A stretch of DNA of 28,826 nt, taken from contig WGAK01000275.1 of NCBI GenBank assembly GCA_015494815.1, positions 1 through 28,826 on the forward strand, in the 5' to 3' direction. This DNA is from Anaerolineales bacterium (GTDB lineage: Bacteria > Chloroflexota > Anaerolineae > Anaerolineales > DRMV01). Position numbers and translations under genes: made by a program. How positions within the stretch are numbered: the stretch's first letter is position 1; each line of letters opens with the position of its first letter. The notes under the pieces are model-generated. The model was not told the DNA's origin, did no database searches, and saw only the letters and a list, made by a program, of their open reading frames with translations. Shown here one piece after another: positions 17,212-25,882 of this stretch.

Positions 17212-19839
17212 ATGTGGCGTAATCGCAAACTTTGGCTGGTGTTCGCTTTGGTAGCGATGCTGGCCCTCGCGTTGGCGGCTTGTGGTCAGGAGCAGGCTCC
17301 GGCCACCGAGGCTCCGGCCACCGAAGCGCCGATGACCGAAGAGGCGCAGCCGACCGAGGCCCCGCAGCCTACCGAAGAGGCGAAGCCGACCGAAGAGCCC
17401 AAGCCGGCGCACACCGGTGCCTGGGTGGACGAGGTGACCTTCATCACCGAGACCGACAGCCAGGCCGCGGTCACCCGGCTGCAAGAAGGGCTCATTGATG
17501 TTTATGCCTTCACCATCGGTAACCCCGACCTGTACAAGACGGCCAAAGAGGACCCCAACATCAAAGTTGTCGAGTTCTTCGGCGTCTACAACGAACTGAC
17601 CATCAACCCCTACGGCGTGGAAGCCGAGGATGGCGTCGTCACCGAGCGGGATGGCACCAAGGTCAAGCCCGAATTCGACAACGGCGCGATGAACCCCTTC
17701 GCCGACCCCAAGGTGCGCGAGGCCATGAACTGGCTGGTGGACCGGAACTACATCGCCCAGGAAATCATGGGCGGTCTGGCCACCCCCAAGTATCTGCCCA
17801 TCACCAGCGCCTTCCCCGACTATGCCCGCTACATTGACACCGTGCGGGAAGTCGAGGCCAAGTACGCCTACAACTTCGAGAAGGCCAAGGAAGTCATCAC
17901 CGCCGAAATGGAAGCCATGGGCGCGGAGATGGGTGAGGACGGCATTTGGACCTACAACGGCCAACCCGTCACCATCATCATCCTCATCCGTGTTGAAGAC
18001 GAGCGCAAGGAAATCGGCGACTATGTCGCCAACCAGTTGGAAGAACTGGGCTTCAAGGTCGAGCGCCGCTACGGTACCTTCTCCGACCTGGGCGCTTACT
18101 GGATTCGCGGCAACCCCGCGGACGGTGAGTGGCACATCTACACCGGCGGCTGGATTACCACCGCGGTGAGCCGCGACCAGGGCGGCAACTTCGAGTTCTT
18201 CTACACCCCGCGCGGGTTGGGCATTGCCCTGTGGCAGGCCTATCGCAACTCGCCCGACTTCGACACCGCGGCCGAGAAGTTGGCCAACAACGACTTCGCG
18301 GACATGGCCGAGCGCGACGAACTGTTCCGCACCGCGTTGAGCCTGGCCAACGAAGAGGCCGTGCGCATCTGGCTGGTGGACCAGAAGTCCTTCTCCGTGG
18401 TCCGCAGCGACATCCATGTGGCCTATGACCTGGCCGGCGGTATCTCCGGTGCGGTCTTGTGGCCCTACACCCTGCGCGTGGGCGACGAGCCCGGCGGCAG
18501 CGTGACCTGGGTGAACGCGGACATCCTGTCCGATGTGTGGAACCCGGTGGCCGGTTCCGACGCCATCTACGACATGCAGGCCATTCGGGCCACGGGCGAC
18601 TGGGGCGTCGTCAGCGACCCCTACACCGGCCTGGCCTGGCCGCAGCGCATCGAGAAGGCCGAGGTCTTCGCGGTGAAGGGCACCCCCATCACCAAGACCC
18701 TGGATTGGGTGAGCCTCGAGTTCGTGGATGAAATCCAGGTGCCCGACGACGCCTGGGTGGACTGGGACGCGGAAGCCCAGAAGTTCATCACCGCGGGCGA
18801 GAAGGGCGAGCCCATGACCGCTCGGGTCAAGAGCGTGGTGTACTATCCGGAAGACCTGTACGACAAGGTCACCTGGCACGACGGCAGCCCCTTCGATGTG
18901 GCCGACATCGTCATGAGCCTCATCATGACCTTCGACCGGGGCAAGGAAGCCAGCGCCATCTTCGACGAGTCCTACCAGCCTGACTTCGAGTCCTTCCTGA
19001 GCGTGTTCAAGGGCGTGCGCATCGTTTCCGAGCAACCGCTGGTCATCGAGTACTACACCGACTCCTTCCAGTTGGATGCGGAACTGAATGTGTCCACCCT
19101 GTGGCCGCAGTACGGCTACGGCGAGGGCGCCTGGCACACCGTGGCCCTGGGCGTGCTGGCCGAGCAGAACCAGGAACTGGCCTTCAGCGCGGACAAGGCC
19201 GACGCGCTGGAAATCGAGTGGATGAACTTCGTGGCCGGCCCGAGCCTGGAAATCCTGGCCAAGTACCTGGATCAGGCCATGGCCGACAACTACATCCCCT
19301 ACGCCAACACCATGAGCGCCTATGTGACCGAGGATGAGGCCAAGGCCCGCTGGGAGAACCTGAAGGCCTGGTACGACGCCAAGGGTCACTTCTGGGTCGG
19401 CACCGGTCCCTTCTACCTGGACGGCGTCTTCCCGCTGGAGAAGACCGTGGTGCTGAAGCGCTACGAGGCCTATCCGGACCCGTCGGACAAGTGGCTGGGC
19501 TTCGGTGAGCCCAAACTGGCCACCGTGTCCATCGAAGGGCCGGCCCGGGTCTCCACGAGCGCGGGCGAGGCGGTCTTCGATGTGTATGTGACCTTCCAGG
19601 ACGCGCCTTACCCCGCGGATGAAATCAGCGGCGTCAAGTACCTGCTGTTCGACTCCCAGGGTACGGTCGTGGCTTCGGGTTCCGCCGACCTGGTGGAAGA
19701 CGGACACTATCAGGTTACCCTGAGCGGTGATGTCCTCGGCCAACTGGGCGTGGGCGCCAACCGCCTGGAAGTGGCCGTCACCTCCATCCGGGTCTCGGTG
19801 CCCGCGCTGGAGAGCATCGAGTTCCTCTCCATCCCGTAA
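17212..19839 (+). CDS. ABC transporter substrate-binding lipoprotein, peptide/nickel (SBP family 5), 875 aa
   Basis: Lipobox LAAC, PTE linker, NPFADPKVREAMNWLVDRNYIAQEIMGG (family 5), WHDGSPFDVADIV, GTGPFYL; heads an oppBCDF-like set. Confidence 0.88.
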   Translation: MWRNRKLWLVFALVAMLALALAACGQEQAPATEAPATEAPMTEEAQPTEAPQPTEEAKPTEEPKPAHTGAWVDEVTFITETDSQAAVTRLQEGLIDVYAFTIGNPDLYKTAKEDPNIKVVEFFGVYNELTINPYGVEAEDGVVTERDGTKVKPEFDNGAMNPFADPKVREAMNWLVDRNYIAQEIMGGLATPKYLPITSAFPDYARYIDTVREVEAKYAYNFEKAKEVITAEMEAMGAEMGEDGIWTYNGQPVTIIILIRVEDERKEIGDYVANQLEELGFKVERRYGTFSDLGAYWIRGNPADGEWHIYTGGWITTAVSRDQGGNFEFFYTPRGLGIALWQAYRNSPDFDTAAEKLANNDFADMAERDELFRTALSLANEEAVRIWLVDQKSFSVVRSDIHVAYDLAGGISGAVLWPYTLRVGDEPGGSVTWVNADILSDVWNPVAGSDAIYDMQAIRATGDWGVVSDPYTGLAWPQRIEKAEVFAVKGTPITKTLDWVSLEFVDEIQVPDDAWVDWDAEAQKFITAGEKGEPMTARVKSVVYYPEDLYDKVTWHDGSPFDVADIVMSLIMTFDRGKEASAIFDESYQPDFESFLSVFKGVRIVSEQPLVIEYYTDSFQLDAELNVSTLWPQYGYGEGAWHTVALGVLAEQNQELAFSADKADALEIEWMNFVAGPSLEILAKYLDQAMADNYIPYANTMSAYVTEDEAKARWENLKAWYDAKGHFWVGTGPFYLDGVFPLEKTVVLKRYEAYPDPSDKWLGFGEPKLATVSIEGPARVSTSAGEAVFDVYVTFQDAPYPADEISGVKYLLFDSQGTVVASGSADLVEDGHYQVTLSGDVLGQLGVGANRLEVAVTSIRVSVPALESIEFLSIP
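17295..17400 (+). repeat. Coding tandem repeat in the SBP linker (APATE/PTEE)
   Basis: GGCTCCGGCCACCGA twice, exact (17295-17324), followed by degenerate CCGACCGA(A/G)G units. Confidence 0.7.
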
Positions 19840-19878
19840 CCATGCGGCGAGACGCACGCATGTAGGGATACGCACAAC

Positions 19879-19915
19879 AAACAGGGGGCGGGCCATCCAC
19901 GCCCGCCCCTTGTTT
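19879..19915 (+). terminator. Intercistronic stem-loop/terminator after the SBP gene
   Basis: AAACAGGGGGCGGG-ccatccacg-CCCGCCCCTTGTTT (14 pairs including one G-U) ending in TTGTTTT; a smaller CATGCG...CGCATG hairpin lies just upstream. Confidence 0.7.
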
Positions 19916-19965
19916 TCCCCACCCCTCTGGGGGCAATCCCATCCCACTTGGACGAAGGTGGTGAT

Positions 19966-21108
19966 ATGGCCGAACAAGTTGGTGGCCCTGCGCCGCAAGG
20001 CGAGCAGCGAGGGACCGGGGCCCGTGGCGCCCCCAGCACCTGGAAGCGCTTGTTGCGCTACACCCTGACCCGCCTGGTGGCCTTGTTCATTACCGTGGTC
20101 ATCGGCGTGTACCTGACCATCCTCATCGCCAACATGGGCGGGTATGTGGATGAGATTCGGCGCTCTCAAATCCGCGAGCAAATCGCGGTCAAGTTCCAGA
20201 ACGACCCGGCTTTTCGGGCCCTGCCCCCCGAGGAGCGCCAAAAGCGCATTGACGCCGAGGTCGCGGTCGAAGAAAAGCGCCTGGGCCTGGACAAGCCTTT
20301 CCTGGTGCGCAGTTTCAATTACCTCAAGCATGCCTTGACCCTGGACCTGGGCCGCTCGGAGAACATGACCAGCGACTCGGGCTCGCGGCAGGTGCGCCTC
20401 ATCATCCTGGAGCGGCTGCCCGCGACCCTGGTGCTGTTCGGCACTTCCCAGATTGTGCTCTTCGCCATCGCCCTCTACATCGCGCTGTATCTGTCGCGAC
20501 ACTACGGCAGTTGGCTGGACCGCTTCTTCGTGGCCCTGTCGCCCCTGTCGTCGGCTCCGGGGTGGTTCTACGGCATCTTCCTCATCTTGATTTTCGCGGC
20601 CTGGCTGAAATGGCTGCCCTTCGGCGGCATGGTCTCGGTGCCGCCGCCGGAGAGCCCGGTGCGCTACGCCCTGGATGTGGCCTATCACATGATTCTGCCC
20701 ATTATGGCCCTGACGCTGAGTTCCATCTTCATCAGCGTGTATGGCTGGCGCACTTTCTTCTTGATTTTCTCCAGTGAAGATTATGTGGAAATGGCGCGGG
20801 CCAAGGGTGTGCACCCGCGGGCCATCGAGCGCCGGTACATTTTGCGGCCCACCCTGCCCACCATCATCACCAGTTTCGCCCTGGGGGTGATTGGCGTGTG
20901 GATGGGCGCGCCCATTTTCGAGACCATCTTCAACTGGCCGGGCCTGGGGCGGGTGCTCTTCCACGCGGTGCAGTTGTTTGATACCCCCGTCATCGTGGGC
21001 TCGAATGTGATTTTCGCCTACTTGCTGGCCCTGACCGTCTTCCTGCTGGACATCATCTACGCCATCGTAGACCCGCGGGTGACGGTAGGCGGTGGGCGCC
21101 AATCCTGA
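19966..21108 (+). CDS. Peptide ABC transporter permease (OppB/DppB-like)
   Basis: LGLDKPFLVR...LDLGRS, ILERLPATLVL, EAA loop EDYVEMARAKG, ETIFNWPGLG. Start placed at ATG 19966 after GGTGGTGA. Confidence 0.9.
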   Translation: MAEQVGGPAPQGEQRGTGARGAPSTWKRLLRYTLTRLVALFITVVIGVYLTILIANMGGYVDEIRRSQIREQIAVKFQNDPAFRALPPEERQKRIDAEVAVEEKRLGLDKPFLVRSFNYLKHALTLDLGRSENMTSDSGSRQVRLIILERLPATLVLFGTSQIVLFAIALYIALYLSRHYGSWLDRFFVALSPLSSAPGWFYGIFLILIFAAWLKWLPFGGMVSVPPPESPVRYALDVAYHMILPIMALTLSSIFISVYGWRTFFLIFSSEDYVEMARAKGVHPRAIERRYILRPTLPTIITSFALGVIGVWMGAPIFETIFNWPGLGRVLFHAVQLFDTPVIVGSNVIFAYLLALTVFLLDIIYAIVDPRVTVGGGRQS

Positions 21109-21142
21109 CCGATAGGACCTCGCGCAAGGAGGACAGTGCCCA

Positions 21143-22498
21143 ATGTTACGGGGTGCCTTCAAAGAACTTGTACGCTACCCTTCGGCTTTGGCCGGTCTGG
21201 TGGTCATCATCTTTTTGGTGGCGGTGTCCATTTACACGGTCATCACCATCCCTTACGAGGAGGCCATTCGGCTTTGGCGGGGCGGTGAGGAAATTTGGGG
21301 CGATGTGCCCAAACTGGCCGCGCCGGCGTGGTTCAACAACTTCACGGCCAAGAAGCGCCCGCTGACCATCAAGATGACCTCGGACGACGAAGCGGGCGTC
21401 GAGCGCAAGCAGGCCCAGGTCAGCGACGCTTTGTGGACCGACGATGTGGTCTACTCCTTCGACTACCCGTACGACGACTTCCCGCAAGAGATTGCCGTCA
21501 CCCTGCTCGCGCAGGTGCGTGAGAAGGCGCCGTATGTCTCCCTGATTTGGGTCAAGCCCGACGGCACGGAAGTGCGACTGGCCGACATGGCGGTGGAAGG
21601 CGGCAAGCGGGTCTATCGGGTGTCGCAGGACGAGAAACTGGGCCGCAAGTTGAAACTGCCCGAGAATGTCAACCCCGTGGTCGGCCTGTTTGCCGAAGAC
21701 CCCACGGCCGCGGAGCCCGTTCCGATGAAGGGCACTTATCAGGTGCGCCTGGAAGGCACGCTGTTCGAGCCCGAGGACACCCTGCAGAGCAAGTTGGTGG
21801 TCTATGGCACCGTCTACGGTTGGGCGGGCACCGACCATCTGCGCCGGGACCTGGGCATCGCGCTGCTCTGGGGTACGCCCGTGGCGCTGTCCTTCGGCCT
21901 GCTGGCGGCCATGGGCACCACGGTGCTCACCATGCTCATCGCGGCCATCGGCGTGTGGTACGGCGGCTGGGTGGACGCGCTGATTCAGCGCATCACCGAG
22001 GTCAACCTGGTGCTGCCCGTCTTGCCCATCTTGATTATGATTGGCGTGTTCTACACCCGCAGCCTGTGGGCCATGCTGGGCGTCATCATCCTGCTGAGCA
22101 TCTTCGGCGCGGGCATCAAGACCAACCGGGCCATCTTCTTGCAGGTCAAGGCCCAGCCCTACATCGAAGCCGCCAAAGCCTATGGGGCCAGCGACTGGCG
22201 CATCATTTTCTTCTACATGGTGCCCCGCATCATCCCCACCATCATCCCGTCGCTGGTTACCCTCATCCCCTCGTTCGTGTTCTTGGAGGCTTCGCTGGCC
22301 GTGTTGGGCCTGGGCGACCCGGTGCTGCCCACCTGGGGCAAGGTCATTGACGACGCGCGCGCCAACGGCGCCCTCTACCAGGGCCTGTATTACTGGGTGC
22401 TGGAGCCTTCGTTCTTGCTGATGATTACGGGCATTGGCTTCGCCATGCTGGGCTTCTCGCTGGATCGGGTGTTCAACCCGCGGCTGCGCGAACTGTAG
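21143..22498 (+). CDS. Peptide ABC transporter permease (OppC/DppC-like) with a large extracytoplasmic insertion
   Basis: GTDHLRRDL, EAA loop PYIEAAKAYGASDWRII, LEASLAVLGLGDP..PTWG. About 190 soluble residues sit between TM1 and the GTD motif. Confidence 0.9.
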   Translation: MLRGAFKELVRYPSALAGLVVIIFLVAVSIYTVITIPYEEAIRLWRGGEEIWGDVPKLAAPAWFNNFTAKKRPLTIKMTSDDEAGVERKQAQVSDALWTDDVVYSFDYPYDDFPQEIAVTLLAQVREKAPYVSLIWVKPDGTEVRLADMAVEGGKRVYRVSQDEKLGRKLKLPENVNPVVGLFAEDPTAAEPVPMKGTYQVRLEGTLFEPEDTLQSKLVVYGTVYGWAGTDHLRRDLGIALLWGTPVALSFGLLAAMGTTVLTMLIAAIGVWYGGWVDALIQRITEVNLVLPVLPILIMIGVFYTRSLWAMLGVIILLSIFGAGIKTNRAIFLQVKAQPYIEAAKAYGASDWRIIFFYMVPRIIPTIIPSLVTLIPSFVFLEASLAVLGLGDPVLPTWGKVIDDARANGALYQGLYYWVLEPSFLLMITGIGFAMLGFSLDRVFNPRLREL

Positions 22499-22533
22499 CC
22501 CACCGCATCCCCCTATGGAGTGAGAGTGGACCG

Positions 22534-23562
22534 ATGAGTGGTCAACCTTCTACCTCGGCGCAACCGGTGCTCAAGACCGAAGACCTGGTGCTGTACTTCC
22601 GCACGACCAAGGGCGTGGTGCAGGCCGTGGACCATGTGGACTTCGAACTGGATGAGGGGCGCGCGGTGGTGGTCATCGGCGAATCGGGGTGCGGCAAGAC
22701 CTCGTTCGCCAAGGCCGTGCTGCGGCTGCTACCGCGCAATGTCCATACCTACACCGGCCGGGTGTATCTGGACGGCCAGGACATCATGGCGCTGGACGAT
22801 GAAGACTTTCGGCTGCACATCCGCTGGGCCAAGATGTCCCTGGTGCCGCAAGCGGCCATGAACGCGCTCAACCCCGTGTTGCGGGTGAGCGACCAGGTCG
22901 CGGAGCCGCTGCTCATCCACGAAAAGGATGTCTCGCGCGAAGAGGCCCTGGAGCGGGCCCGCGAGATGTTCCGCTTCGTGGGGGTGCCCGAATCGTTCCT
23001 CAGTCGCTACCCCTTCGAATTGAGCGGCGGCATGCGGCAGCGGGTGGCCATCGCCATGGCCCTCATCACCCGGCCGCGGCTCATCATTCTGGACGAACCG
23101 ACCTCGGCCCTGGATGTGCTGACCCAGGCCAACATCATGAATGTGCTCAAGAAAATCAAGTGGGAGACCGGCACCAGTTACATGCTCATCACCCACGATG
23201 TGGCCACTTCCAGCGAGTTGGCCGACGATGTGGCCGTGATGTACGCGGGGCAAATGGTGGAGAACGCGGACGCGGAATCGTTCTTCAAGGAGCCGCTGCA
23301 TCCTTACGCCCGCATGCTCATGGCCGCGGTGCCCAAACTGCGTGGCGACGAAGACCTGGAGTTCATCCCCGGTCAGCCGCCCAGTTTGCTCGACCCGCCC
23401 ACGGGCTGCCGTTTCGCGGACCGGTGTCCCTTCCGCTTCGACAAGTGCGACCAAGACCCGCCCATGTTCCTGGTGGACGGGCGCAAGGTCAAGTGCTGGC
23501 TGTTCGAGAAAGACGCCCAGGGTGTGTACGGCACCCAGCCCGCGGTCGCCACGGGCGACTGA
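22534..23562 (+). CDS. Peptide ABC transporter ATP-binding protein (OppD/DppD-like)
   Basis: GESGCGKT, ELSGGMRQR, DEPTSALD, HPY, C-terminal Cys cluster GCRFADRCP...C...C. Confidence 0.93.
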   Translation: MSGQPSTSAQPVLKTEDLVLYFRTTKGVVQAVDHVDFELDEGRAVVVIGESGCGKTSFAKAVLRLLPRNVHTYTGRVYLDGQDIMALDDEDFRLHIRWAKMSLVPQAAMNALNPVLRVSDQVAEPLLIHEKDVSREEALERAREMFRFVGVPESFLSRYPFELSGGMRQRVAIAMALITRPRLIILDEPTSALDVLTQANIMNVLKKIKWETGTSYMLITHDVATSSELADDVAVMYAGQMVENADAESFFKEPLHPYARMLMAAVPKLRGDEDLEFIPGQPPSLLDPPTGCRFADRCPFRFDKCDQDPPMFLVDGRKVKCWLFEKDAQGVYGTQPAVATGD

Positions 23563-23587
23563 ACCTGCCGGTTAGGGAGGCTTCCGC

Positions 23588-24664
23588 ATGACCACGATGA
23601 CGCAAACTGCCCCGCAAGCGGCCCCCGCGAGCGAGCGACCGGTTCTGCTTTCGGTGCGCCATCTCAAGGTGTGGTACGAACTGCGCAAATGGGGCTTCGG
23701 CCTGGCCGGATATGTCAAGGCCGTGGACGATGTGTCGTTCGACCTGCACGAGGGCGAGGCCATCGCCATCGTGGGCGAGAGCGGCTGCGGCAAATCCAGC
23801 CTGATGAAGGCCATCCTGGGCCTGGTGCCCCCGCACGACGGCCAGATTCTGTACCAGGGCCAGGACATCTTCGCCGGCGGCCGGGCCGGCCTGCGCTGGT
23901 ATCGCTCGCAGGTGGGCTACGTGCAGCAAGACCCCTTCGGCGCGCTGCCGCCTTTCATGAGCGTGCGCCGCATCCTCGAAGAGCCGCTCATCCTGGTCGG
24001 CGTCAAAGACCGCGACGAGCGCCTGGCCCGCATTCGCGCGGTCATGGAAGAGGTCAAACTCAGCCCGCCCGAGGACTTCCTCAACAAATTCCCCCACATG
24101 CTCAGCGGCGGGCAGCAGCAGCGGGTGGTCATCGCTCGGGCCATGATTCGCAACCCCAAACTCATGGTCGCGGACGAGCCCGTCTCCATGCTCGACGCGT
24201 CGGTGCGCGTTGAAATCCTCAAACTGCTGCGGCAGATTCAAGAAGAACACAACCTGGCCGTCATCTACATTACCCACGACCTTTCGACGGTGCGCTACTT
24301 CTCCGAACGCATCTTCGTGATGTACGCGGGCAAGGTCATCGAAAAGGCCAGCACCGACGAATTGCTGTGGCATCCGCAGCACCCCTATACCCTGGCGCTG
24401 CTCAACGCCATCTCGGACCCCGACGCGGCCAACGCGCGCAAACTGCGGGAGGTGCCGCCGGGTGAGCCGCCCAGCCTGGTCACGCCGCCGCCCGGCTGTC
24501 GTTTCCACCCCCGCTGCAAGTACGCCATCGAGGGCGAGTGCGATGTGAATGTGCCGCCCGAGTTCCCCACGCGGCCGCAACACCTGACCGCGTGCTGGCT
24601 GTACGATGAGCGCTACGCGCAGCAGCGGCAGGCGTTGGAGGCCGACCTGGGCGACTTGGCCTGA
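23588..24664 (+). CDS. Peptide ABC transporter ATP-binding protein (OppF/DppF-like)
   Basis: [40 protein letters not shown]...C...C. Confidence 0.93.
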   Translation: MTTMTQTAPQAAPASERPVLLSVRHLKVWYELRKWGFGLAGYVKAVDDVSFDLHEGEAIAIVGESGCGKSSLMKAILGLVPPHDGQILYQGQDIFAGGRAGLRWYRSQVGYVQQDPFGALPPFMSVRRILEEPLILVGVKDRDERLARIRAVMEEVKLSPPEDFLNKFPHMLSGGQQQRVVIARAMIRNPKLMVADEPVSMLDASVRVEILKLLRQIQEEHNLAVIYITHDLSTVRYFSERIFVMYAGKVIEKASTDELLWHPQHPYTLALLNAISDPDAANARKLREVPPGEPPSLVTPPPGCRFHPRCKYAIEGECDVNVPPEFPTRPQHLTACWLYDERYAQQRQALEADLGDLA

Positions 24665-24697
24665 GCCGCGGCCGCGCGGGGCGGCGAGGAGAACGCC

Positions 24698-24910
24698 ATG
24701 ATTGTCAGCCGCTGGCCTCCCCGGCGTTTGCTCATCCTGGCCGCGGCCCTGTTGTTCCTGGGCGCGGGCTTGCCCTTCTTGATGGTGGTCAAGGTGTTGG
24801 AGGCCACCTTCTTGCTGGCCTTCATCAGTTACGGGGCCACGCTGTCGGGGGCCTTTTTGGGCTATTTGGGCATTTTGCACTATGTGCGGCCGCCGGGCCG
24901 CGGGTTGTGA
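24698..24910 (+). CDS. Small two-TM membrane protein (70 aa)
   Basis: Good RBS GAGGAG; two hydrophobic helices; fills the gap between oppF and the kinase. Confidence 0.65.
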   Translation: MIVSRWPPRRLLILAAALLFLGAGLPFLMVVKVLEATFLLAFISYGATLSGAFLGYLGILHYVRPPGRGL

Positions 24911-24952
24911 CGGCCTTCGCGGGCCGCCCCTGGCCGGACCTTCGCATACACC

Positions 24953-25879
24953 ATGACGGCACCCACCCTGTTCATCTTCAACCCCACGGCCAACAACGGC
25001 CAGGCCGCGCGCCTGGCGCCTCTGCTGCAAGAAGCCTTGCGCCAGAGTGCGGCCCCCTGGGAGTGGGCCGAAACCCAGGGGCGGGCCCACGCGGTGGGCC
25101 TGGCCCAGGAAGCCGCGCAGCGCGGCTTTAAGCGCGTGGTGGCCTTGGGCGGCGACGGCACCGTGCACGAGGTGCTCAACGGCCTCATGCAGGTGCCCGC
25201 GGCGCAGCGCCCCGCGCTCGCGGTGGTGCCCATTGGCACCGGCAACGACTTTGCCCACGCGGTCGGCGCGCCGCGCGACCCGCGCGCGGCCGTGCGCTGG
25301 GCCCTGCAGGCCCCCACTCGCGCCCTGGATGTGGGCCGGGTGCGCGACAACAACGGCCGGGTGGAATATTGGGGCAATACCTTCGGTGTCGGCTTCGACG
25401 CGGTGGTCACCATCCGCTCGCGGCGGCTGGCCTTGCGGGGCTTCTTGCGCTACCTGGTGGCCGTGCTGCAAACCATCTGGCACGACCATCGGCCCTGGTC
25501 GGGCCATCTGCGCGTGGACGACCAGGAACTCACGGCCGAGTTTCTGATGCTGGTGCTGTGCAACGGCCCGCGCGAGGGCGGCGGGTTCCACATTGCGCCC
25601 CATGCCCGGCCCGACGACGGCCTGTTCCACTACCTGCTGGTCCCCGGCGTGTCGCGGGGCACCATGTTGCGCCTGCTACCCGAATTCCTGCGCGGCACGC
25701 AATGGCGTTTCGACTACATCCGCGGGGGCGCGTTCCGGCGCCTGCACCTGCGCACCGACCGCCCCATGCCCATCCACCTGGACGGCGAAATCTTCGCCGG
25801 GCCGCAGGACGATGTGCAGCAGGTCACCGTCGAGTTGCTTCCCGCGGCCCTGCAAGTGGCCTACACCCCGGCGGATTGA
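24953..25879 (+). CDS. Diacylglycerol/lipid kinase family protein (YegS/DagK-like)
   Basis: FNPTAN, GGDGTVHEVLNG, GTGNDFA, GVGFDA, NGPREGGG, P..RPDDG.F, LDGE. Confidence 0.92.
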   Translation: MTAPTLFIFNPTANNGQAARLAPLLQEALRQSAAPWEWAETQGRAHAVGLAQEAAQRGFKRVVALGGDGTVHEVLNGLMQVPAAQRPALAVVPIGTGNDFAHAVGAPRDPRAAVRWALQAPTRALDVGRVRDNNGRVEYWGNTFGVGFDAVVTIRSRRLALRGFLRYLVAVLQTIWHDHRPWSGHLRVDDQELTAEFLMLVLCNGPREGGGFHIAPHARPDDGLFHYLLVPGVSRGTMLRLLPEFLRGTQWRFDYIRGGAFRRLHLRTDRPMPIHLDGEIFAGPQDDVQQVTVELLPAALQVAYTPAD

Positions 25880-25882
25880 ACC

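Noticed and set aside
17164-21162. 1332-aa minus-strand ORF and many other long overlapping ORFs (e.g. 3812-6352 +, 1253-2629 +, 7111-8940 +, 23489-25630 -, 25676-27565 -)
   Set aside because: Antisense shadows of real genes with strong GC3 bias; no motifs, no RBS, Gly/Arg/His/Gln-rich artefact composition.
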